Source: Patescibacteria group bacterium | Lineage (GTDB): Bacteria > Patescibacteriota > Microgenomatia > UBA1400 > MFAQ01 | Direction: 5' to 3' | Assembly: GCA_018819325.1 (NCBI GenBank) | Contig: JAHJQJ010000083.1 | Location: 1,067-65,066, forward strand | DNA: 64,000 nucleotides | Shown here: piece by piece, positions 57,557-64,000 of the stretch | How the letters are laid out: the number at the start of each line of letters is the position of its first letter | Numbering within the stretch: position 1 is the stretch's first letter | Notes under the pieces: model-generated | What the model saw: only the letters and a program-made list of their open reading frames with translations | Database searches by the model: none | Told to the model about the DNA's origin: nothing | Made by a program: the position numbers and the translations under genes

Positions 57557-58210
57557 TCACTTACCAGAATGACGAAAAAAGGAGATGACTAGATTGGAGG
57601 GGGTGCGGCAAGTGGTGGTAGTGAAGAATTTGTTTAGTTTTTTTAAGAATTCAAGGGTTTTTTGCTTGTGATTGTCCCAGAATAAACGGTTTATAAGCAC
57701 TACATGGCCAATTTTTTTTAAGGTTTTTAAGAATTTTATGTCTTCAAATACAGTGGGGATTCTGTAGCCCTGGTAGCAATCTACCAGGATTAAATCGTAC
57801 ACCTCCCTGTCATTCCCGCGCAGGCGGGAATCCATAACAAACTTTTCTGCGTCTTGGTTGATTATTTTTAAGTTGGGGATTTTACCTATTCCAAAGTACT
57901 CCTTGGCTATTTTTATGACCACGGGGTCTATTTCTACACCTGTCATTTTGGCTTTGGGCCATTTTTTACTTATTACCTTGGCAACAGAGCCAGCACCAAA
58001 ACCCAAAATCAAGACAGAAGAAAAACACACTTCCGAAGTGTGTTTTTTTAGGGCTTTGGCCCAGATTTTTTCTATTACTTGACCGGACTGGGTTAGATTT
58101 CCCATGTCTAGTCTTAGTTGGCCAGAAAAATTAACCAGTTGGATTTTGGTGTTGAATTTTGACTTGAAGGTTTTGATTACTTCTGGGGCAAAGTATGCTT
58201 TTACAGACAT
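57557..58210 (-). CDS. Spermidine/spermine synthase-like methyltransferase carrying an in-frame R1 repeat insertion
   Basis: ILGFGAGS...VEIDP...LVDCY; the segment MDSRLRGNDREV is encoded by GTCATTCCCGCGCAGGCGGGAATCC at 57809-57833. Confidence 0.5.
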   Translation of the reverse strand: MSVKAYFAPEVIKTFKSKFNTKIQLVNFSGQLRLDMGNLTQSGQVIEKIWAKALKKHTSEVCFSSVLILGFGAGSVAKVISKKWPKAKMTGVEIDPVVIKIAKEYFGIGKIPNLKIINQDAEKFVMDSRLRGNDREVYDLILVDCYQGYRIPTVFEDIKFLKTLKKIGHVVLINRLFWDNHKQKTLEFLKKLNKFFTTTTCRTPSNLVISFFRHSGK

Positions 58211-58211
58211 G

Positions 58212-59258
58212 TTAGTTTGACTCTTGGCGGATTTTGGTGGCTAGGTTGGCCCAGACTTGGTAACGAGCTTTTATTTTACTACTGGTTATTTTAGCGGGGA
58301 CGACGTTTTCTGCTGTAAAAGCATGGTTTAGCAAAGCGGCGGCGGCCATGTCTCTTTCTATTATTGAGTCGGCACCAGAAAGAATAACTACTACACTCAC
58401 ACTTTCTCTTTCGGCGGTAACTATGGTGGAATAACCGGCGTTTTCTGTGTAGGCAATTTTTAAACCGGTTACACCCGGGTAGACGCCAAGTAAGCCGTTC
58501 CAGTTGGGAAGATAGTAGTGATCATGAAATTGGGTTTTTTCTATATCTTGGTTGTCTGAGACGGCACTTTTAAGTATTTCTGGATAATTTTGTTGCACGT
58601 TGTGGATAAGTTTGGCTATGTCTTCTAAATTTGAGTACTGTTTTTGATCATCTAGTCCGTCTGGGTTGGTAAATCGGCTGTTTGTCATGTTTAAGTTTTG
58701 AGCTTTTTTGTTCATTAAATCAACAAAATCGGTAAGAGGTTCACCATATAGGCTGGCAACCCCCTCGGCTAAGGTTTGAGCGGCGTCGTTGGCCGATGTA
58801 GCTACGGAGGCTCTAACCAAATCGCTTACCGTTAACTGTTCGCCTGGTTTTAAACCTAAAATTGTAGGGACTTTGTTAACACTGTTTACGGTAGCAGTTA
58901 TATATTGCTCAGGATTAACTAAATCTAGAGCAACCTGTGTGGTTAGTAATTTGGTAAAGGAGGCTGGTGAGAAAGATTTTTGTTGATTTTTAGCGGCGTA
59001 AACTATTTGAGTTTCAGAGTTATATGAGAGATAGCGCGGAATGTTATTTAAGCTTGGTAGTGTTTCTGATTTAGAGTAATCTAAATTTTGAACTTTAGAT
59101 ATTTTTGGGAGAATTTTTGAGGTTAAGTCGAGTGAATGGGAACTTTTGGGAGAAATCAAGCTGGGTGAAAAAAAGAAATACAAGAAATAAGCAACACCTA
59201 TAAGACTAATTAGAAATAGCAACAGGGAGGGAAGTTTATTTAACTTTATTTTCACCAT
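58212..59258 (-). CDS. D-alanyl-D-alanine carboxypeptidase (peptidase S11, PBP5/6-like)
   Basis: SxxK motif PASFTKL; N-terminal TM/signal. Confidence 0.7.
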   Translation of the reverse strand: MVKIKLNKLPSLLLFLISLIGVAYFLYFFFSPSLISPKSSHSLDLTSKILPKISKVQNLDYSKSETLPSLNNIPRYLSYNSETQIVYAAKNQQKSFSPASFTKLLTTQVALDLVNPEQYITATVNSVNKVPTILGLKPGEQLTVSDLVRASVATSANDAAQTLAEGVASLYGEPLTDFVDLMNKKAQNLNMTNSRFTNPDGLDDQKQYSNLEDIAKLIHNVQQNYPEILKSAVSDNQDIEKTQFHDHYYLPNWNGLLGVYPGVTGLKIAYTENAGYSTIVTAERESVSVVVILSGADSIIERDMAAAALLNHAFTAENVVPAKITSSKIKARYQVWANLATKIRQESN

Positions 59259-60528
59259 TAATTACTTCTTTACCCATGTAAGGCACTAAGACTGGGGGGA
59301 CTTTAATAGAACCGTCTTCTTGTTGATATGTTTCCCAAACAGCTATAAGAGCTCTAACTGAAGGTAGGGCGGTGTTGTTTAACATATGAACAAACTTGGT
59401 TTCGCCCTTACTGGTTACGTATTTGATATTGGCTCTTCTTGCTTGAAAATCGGTCATGATGGAGTCTGAGCCGGTTTCACCGTAACTGTTTCTGCCAGGC
59501 ATCCAGGTTTCTAGGTCATATTTTTTGGCTTGTGGCTCCCCCATGTCACCAGTACACATAAGCATAACTTGATAATGCAAACCTAGGTCTTGTAAAATTT
59601 CTTCTGAGAATTCTAGCATTTTTTCGTGCCATTTTATTGATTCGTTTAGATCATTCTTACAAATTACTACTTGTTCTATTTTAGTGAACTCGTGGACTCT
59701 GTAAAAACCTTTGGTGTCTTTACCGTAGTTGCCTATTTCTCTTCTATAACAGGGCGAGTAGCCTACCATTTTTATGGGTAGATCCTTTTCTTTAAAGGTC
59801 TCACCAGCATACATGGAAACCAGTGGAACCTCGGCAGTTCCGGATAGGAAGTATTCATTGTCTGGATCGGTTTCGTCTGATGCCAACTTGTAAGCTTCTG
59901 ATTCGCCCCAAGGAAAGTGGCCGGAATTAATAAATGTCTGTCGTTTAGTTATTACTGGAGGGATGATTGGGGTGTAACCTTTTTCTACAAATTTTTTCAA
60001 GGCAAACTGCATCAGGGCGTTTTGCATTAAGACAGCGTCATTTTTTAGATAGTAACCTCTAAACCCAGCTACCTTGGATCCCCGTTCCAAATCGAGCATG
60101 TTTAAGTTTGTACCAAGTTCAATGTGGTTTTTGGGCTTAAAATCAAACCTTGGTTTCTCACCCCAAGTTTTAACTTGTCTATTGCCAGATTCGTCCTTGC
60201 CAATTGGCACGTCGTCTAGTGGAACGTTAGGAACCTGAAGCATAAGCTGTCCAAACTCTGTTTCTGTTTGCTTTAGTTGTGGTTCAATGTCTTGTAGGGC
60301 TTTTTTTTGCTCGGCGGCTTTTTTTAAAAGATCATCAGTTCTTTTTTGTTTAAGTTTATCGTTTAGAGTATTTCTTTGAGCACGTAAGACTTGGACAGTA
60401 CCCATTAGCTGACGGCGTTTTATGTCTATTTCTAGTAGATTACCAACCACCTTGGGGTTTAGACCCTTATTGGTGCAGGCTGTCTCTACCTTTTTTTTAT
60501 TTTCTCTAATAAAATTAATATCAAGCAT
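59236..60528 (-). CDS. serS: Seryl-tRNA synthetase
   Basis: N-terminal coiled-coil arm plus class II core motifs. Confidence 0.9.
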   Translation of the reverse strand: MLDINFIRENKKKVETACTNKGLNPKVVGNLLEIDIKRRQLMGTVQVLRAQRNTLNDKLKQKRTDDLLKKAAEQKKALQDIEPQLKQTETEFGQLMLQVPNVPLDDVPIGKDESGNRQVKTWGEKPRFDFKPKNHIELGTNLNMLDLERGSKVAGFRGYYLKNDAVLMQNALMQFALKKFVEKGYTPIIPPVITKRQTFINSGHFPWGESEAYKLASDETDPDNEYFLSGTAEVPLVSMYAGETFKEKDLPIKMVGYSPCYRREIGNYGKDTKGFYRVHEFTKIEQVVICKNDLNESIKWHEKMLEFSEEILQDLGLHYQVMLMCTGDMGEPQAKKYDLETWMPGRNSYGETGSDSIMTDFQARRANIKYVTSKGETKFVHMLNNTALPSVRALIAVWETYQQEDGSIKVPPVLVPYMGKEVINGENKVK

Positions 60529-60597
60529 ATTCTGTAGTATATCACTAGTGTTTTTTGAGTATTGACAACATGTTGTACAACATGTTACTATTAATGT

Positions 60598-60849
60598 ATG
60601 CTAAGAACATATTTATATATTCCCCAAGACCTAAATACAAAAATAAACACTTTGTCCGCAAACCAAAAGGTAAGCAAAGCAGAACTGATTCGACAAGCTT
60701 TAAGGGCGGGCTTAAAAAGGTTAGATACAGGAACTTCTAGTTCTGTTGAGTTATTATTAAAATTGAAAGACATAGGGGGTAGGCATGATTTAAAAGGGCC
60801 TGCTGATTTAACCAAAAACATGGATAACTATTTATGGAAAGCAAAGTAG
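60598..60849 (+). CDS. Ribbon-helix-helix antitoxin (VapB/CopG-like)
   Basis: LYIPQDLNTKINTLSANQKVSKAELIRQAL; overlaps the downstream PIN gene. Confidence 0.5.
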   Translation: MLRTYLYIPQDLNTKINTLSANQKVSKAELIRQALRAGLKRLDTGTSSSVELLLKLKDIGGRHDLKGPADLTKNMDNYLWKAK

Positions 60850-61283
60850 GCAGACTTTTAATAGTGGTGGATGCCGATGCAATTGTGGCTCAAGTTTTTA
60901 AAGGAGATTCTAACCATGCGCGAGCAACAGAAATTGTCCAAAAACTAATGAAGGCTGGGGTAAAAATTATCTACCCCGTAACGGCTGTGTGTGAAGCCGT
61001 GACCGTAATTCAAAGAGTATTAGGTAGTAAGATAGTGGCGCGCGAAACAGCTAAACTTTTTACCGAGTCTGACACCAGTGTGGTAAATGTGAATGGAGAA
61101 ATTTATTTTAAGGCCGTAAGTAAATATTTTTCAAATGCAGTAAGCAAAAAAGATACTATTTTTGACTGTTGCGTGGCAGCAGTTGCTGATGAATACCAAG
61201 CTGACGCTATTTTCAGCTTTGATGCTTTTTATAAGAAAAAGGGCTTTGTTCTTGCCTCTGAGCTAGTTAAAGACCTAAACTAG
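60834..61283 (+). CDS. PIN-domain toxin (VapC-like)
   Basis: LLIVVDADAIVA ... DCCVAAVADEYQADAIFSFD contain the acidic PIN residues. Confidence 0.65.
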   Translation: MESKVGRLLIVVDADAIVAQVFKGDSNHARATEIVQKLMKAGVKIIYPVTAVCEAVTVIQRVLGSKIVARETAKLFTESDTSVVNVNGEIYFKAVSKYFSNAVSKKDTIFDCCVAAVADEYQADAIFSFDAFYKKKGFVLASELVKDLN

Positions 61284-61830
61284 AGGAAATATCTTGCAGG
61301 GCTTTTAGGCAGATTTCTATAAACTGGGGAAGTTTTATGCCTAGTTTTTCTTCTGACATTTCTGCTGGTTCACGGTGAGCGCCGGTAGCAAAGGCTTTTT
61401 GCTTCCATTTTTTTAAGACTGAGTCTACGGAAACACTGGCTAGTTTCTTGTCTGGTTTAACCAAAGCACAGGCAATAATAAGGCCAGATAAATCATCGGA
61501 GCAATATAAGGCCCAGTCTAGTTTGGAGACTGGTTCTGGGGCATTTTTTTGCCAGCCCCAAGCGTGAGCTTTAATAGCCTGAATAATTTTTTTGTCTGCA
61601 TTTATATTCCCAAGTTCTTCAAAAATTTTGCTGGGGTGTTTCTCTGGTTCCTTGGCAAACATTTCGTAGTCGGCGTCGTGAAGTAAACCCACCAACCCCC
61701 ACAAGTCCTCGTCTTCTTTAAAGTATTTAGCCAAGGCCCGCATTTGAACCTCTACTGCCAGCATGTGTTTTACCAAGTTTTTGTTCTTAGTCCAGTTTTC
61801 TACTAGTTCTAACGCTTGATCTCGAGTCAT
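61267..61830 (-). CDS. HD-domain phosphohydrolase
   Basis: H...HD motif (HMLAVE...LLHDADY). Confidence 0.6.
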   Translation of the reverse strand: MTRDQALELVENWTKNKNLVKHMLAVEVQMRALAKYFKEDEDLWGLVGLLHDADYEMFAKEPEKHPSKIFEELGNINADKKIIQAIKAHAWGWQKNAPEPVSKLDWALYCSDDLSGLIIACALVKPDKKLASVSVDSVLKKWKQKAFATGAHREPAEMSEEKLGIKLPQFIEICLKALQDISSSLGL

Positions 61831-61832
61831 GA

Positions 61833-63293
61833 TTATTTTTTTGGTTTAAGTGTGGGGAAAATGATGGTATCTTTTAGGTTATCACTGTCAGTGATAATGG
61901 CAGTGAAACGATCTATGCCCATTCCCCAACCAGCTGTTGGGGGCATGCCGTATTCCAGGGCTCGAATGTAGTCCTCGTCCATCATTTGGGCTTCCTCGAA
62001 GCCTGCATCGGCTAATTTTTTTTCTTCTTCCCAACGTGCCTTTTGGTCAACTGGATTATTTAGCTCTGAGTAAGCATTGAAAACTTCAAAACCTGATATG
62101 AGCAAGGCGACACTGGCGACCTTGCTTGGTTCGTCTGGTTTTCTTTTGGCTAGGGGTTTGGCTTCGTATGGGTGATCAATTAGGAAAACGGGGCCTTTGA
62201 TTTTGGGGCGAGAGTAGGTTTTGTAGAGTTCATCTAGGACATTAGCATAGCCGGTTATTCCCTTAAGATCGATTTTTATTTTCTTTTCCTTGATGGTTTT
62301 AAGTAAATCTGTTTCTGTAACAACTTTGTCGATGTCTATGTTTGTATCTTTTAGAACTATTCTACGGAAGGTGATTCTTTTCCAAGGGGGTTTGAAGTTT
62401 ATTTTTCGTCCTTGGTAGATTATTTGGTAACTACCGGCAACTTCTTTGACTGCTTTACTTAACATGTCTTCTGAAAGATCCATTAGGTCATTGTAGTCTG
62501 CGTAAGCCCAGTAAAACTCTATTTGGGTAAATTCTGGGTTGTGCTGGCGATCTATACCTTCGTTTCTGAAGTCTTTGGACACCTCGTAGACCTTTTCGTA
62601 ACCACCCACAATGAGCCGTTTTAGATAAAGTTCATTGGCAATACGAAGATAGAAATTGGCTTTTAAGGCATTGTGAAAGGTAGTAAAGGGTTTGGCGGTA
62701 GCACCACCATAGATTGGCTGGAGAATGGGTGTTTCCACTTCGCTAAAACCGTGGTTGTCTAAGTATTTTCTGAAATATGAAAGGAGCCTGGTGCGGGTAT
62801 CGAAGACCTTTCTGACGTCTGGATTTATAAGCAGGTCAACGTATCTCTGACGATAGCGTTCTTCGATATCTTTTAACCCATGCCACTGACTGGGTAAAGG
62901 TCTAAGTGACTTGGTGAGCAAGGTGAAACTGTTTACATCTATACTAATTTCCTCTGTTTTAGACTCGATTACCTTACCTGATACCCCAACTATATCTCCA
63001 ATATCTATAAGGGAAATTATTTCGCCATCCTTCTTATTTAAATTGTCTTGACGCAGAATTAGTTGAATTTTTCCGGTTTCGTCTACCAAGTCCATGAATA
63101 TCAGAGCTCCATGTCCACGGACAGACATAACTCTGCCAGCAGTTTGAGTGCTTGTTCCTAAAAGCTCACGACTTTTGGAGATTAAGTGTTTCTTGTCAAA
63201 TTTGTGGGCAAAGGGGTTAACTCCAAGTTTTCTTAGCTTTTCTATTTTTTCTAGTCTTTGGTCTTTGGTGTCTTGTAGCCGACTCATGACCAA
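61833..63293 (-). CDS. lysS: Lysyl-tRNA synthetase (class II)
   Basis: OB-fold anticodon-binding N-domain plus class II motifs 1-3. Confidence 0.9.
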   Translation of the reverse strand: MVMSRLQDTKDQRLEKIEKLRKLGVNPFAHKFDKKHLISKSRELLGTSTQTAGRVMSVRGHGALIFMDLVDETGKIQLILRQDNLNKKDGEIISLIDIGDIVGVSGKVIESKTEEISIDVNSFTLLTKSLRPLPSQWHGLKDIEERYRQRYVDLLINPDVRKVFDTRTRLLSYFRKYLDNHGFSEVETPILQPIYGGATAKPFTTFHNALKANFYLRIANELYLKRLIVGGYEKVYEVSKDFRNEGIDRQHNPEFTQIEFYWAYADYNDLMDLSEDMLSKAVKEVAGSYQIIYQGRKINFKPPWKRITFRRIVLKDTNIDIDKVVTETDLLKTIKEKKIKIDLKGITGYANVLDELYKTYSRPKIKGPVFLIDHPYEAKPLAKRKPDEPSKVASVALLISGFEVFNAYSELNNPVDQKARWEEEKKLADAGFEEAQMMDEDYIRALEYGMPPTAGWGMGIDRFTAIITDSDNLKDTIIFPTLKPKK

Positions 63294-63302
63294 TATTGTA
63301 GC

Positions 63303-63773
63303 TTATTTGATGGCTTTGATGGTGTAGACAATTGTGCCAGCTGGGGCTTCTACTTCTGCCTTGTCTCCTACTTTTTTACCAATCAGGGCTAAGCCCAGGG
63401 GTGATTTATGGCTGATTTTCTTAACTTGAGGGTCTGCTTCCCACTCGCCCACGATGGTAAAGGTGTGGTCGGAGTCGTTGATGGTAACATCTACTTGATG
63501 ACCGATGTTAATGGTAGAGTTACTGGTACTTTTTTTGATTATCTGACAACGGTTTAGGATGTCTGTTACATCTTCTATTCTGCCAACTAGAGTCAAGTGG
63601 TCTTCTTTGGCAGATTGGTATTCGTAGTTTTCTGATAAGTCACCCAGGGTTCTAGCCACAGAAATACGATTAATTGCCTTAGGCAATACCTTTTCCCTTA
63701 GGGTCTTGAGTTCATTTTTGAGCTCGTTGAACCCTTCTGGGGTTAGCTGGACTTTATTGTTGTTTATTGTCAT
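63303..63773 (-). CDS. greA: Transcription elongation factor GreA
   Basis: N-terminal coiled coil with acidic tip residues plus a C-terminal FKBP-like domain. Confidence 0.85.
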   Translation of the reverse strand: MTINNNKVQLTPEGFNELKNELKTLREKVLPKAINRISVARTLGDLSENYEYQSAKEDHLTLVGRIEDVTDILNRCQIIKKSTSNSTINIGHQVDVTINDSDHTFTIVGEWEADPQVKKISHKSPLGLALIGKKVGDKAEVEAPAGTIVYTIKAIK

Positions 63774-63949
63774 GTTTTATTATTTTTGCCATTTTTATCC
63801 TTCATTAAGCTTTTTAATTCTTAAGGCAGAACACTTTCCTTAGTTATTATTATTATTAGAAAACCGGGCAGATTTCCTACCGTGAATTGGTATTCTATGC
63901 TAATTTTAGTTGATTGTCAATAGATTTGAATGTAAAATCAGCCTTACAT

Positions 63950-64000
63950 GGCCCCATCGTCTAACGGTTAGGACATCAGGTTCTCAATCTGATAATTAGA
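63950..64000 (+). tRNA. tRNA-Glu (CTC), 5' ~51 nt; continues past the window end
   Basis: GGCCCCATCGTCTAACGGTTAGGACATCAGGTTCTCAATCTGA: acceptor and D arms, and an anticodon loop TTCTCAA. Confidence 0.65.

Overview
This is a low-GC bacterial chromosomal segment with small genes and very little non-coding space apart from repeats. Several things together suggest a Candidate Phyla Radiation / Patescibacteria-type genome, which is an inference: many GT-C and GT2 glycosyltransferases, a 16S-unlinked tRNA-Ala-23S-5S rRNA unit with two ORF-less group I-like introns in the 23S gene, and dense families of small palindromic repeats. The contents in order are as follows. (1) 1-13.6 kb is a surface-glycan or protein-glycosylation locus (partial Wzx-like flippase, a PTPS-related membrane protein, four GT-C-like membrane proteins, three GT2 Dpm1-like synthases) with an embedded Phd/RelE toxin-antitoxin pair and an AlkA-like glycosylase. 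(2) 13.7-20.85 kb is a co-oriented array of six unrelated minus-strand ORFs, each followed by a 91-128 nt imperfect palindrome with attC-like ends, headed by a divergently transcribed frameshifted tyrosine recombinase; this is an integron-like cassette array and the most interesting feature of the window. (3) trmD carries two in-frame GC-rich palindromic insertions. (4) A group of secreted or membrane proteins follows (SurA-like, CAP domain, lamin-tail domain, VanZ). (5) A 5S-23S-tRNA-Ala rRNA unit lies on the minus strand. (6) ftsE-ftsX-envC(M23), prfB without the programmed frameshift, and a macA/macB-like efflux operon follow. (7) 39.4-54.8 kb is a repeat-studded accessory and defence-like island: UDG-family glycosylase, nfo, cyclophilin, AAA/DUF4143 ATPase, three Fic proteins, a DinD/Bro-N-like protein, an AbiEi/AbiEii pair, an NDT-like-RHH fusion, and a double TasA-like/SipW locus. 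(8) Housekeeping genes close the window: secA, a spermidine-synthase-like methyltransferase, dacA-like, serS, vapBC-like, an HD hydrolase, lysS, greA and a partial tRNA-Glu. Four small repeat families recur throughout; two of them are found inserted in-frame inside coding sequences.
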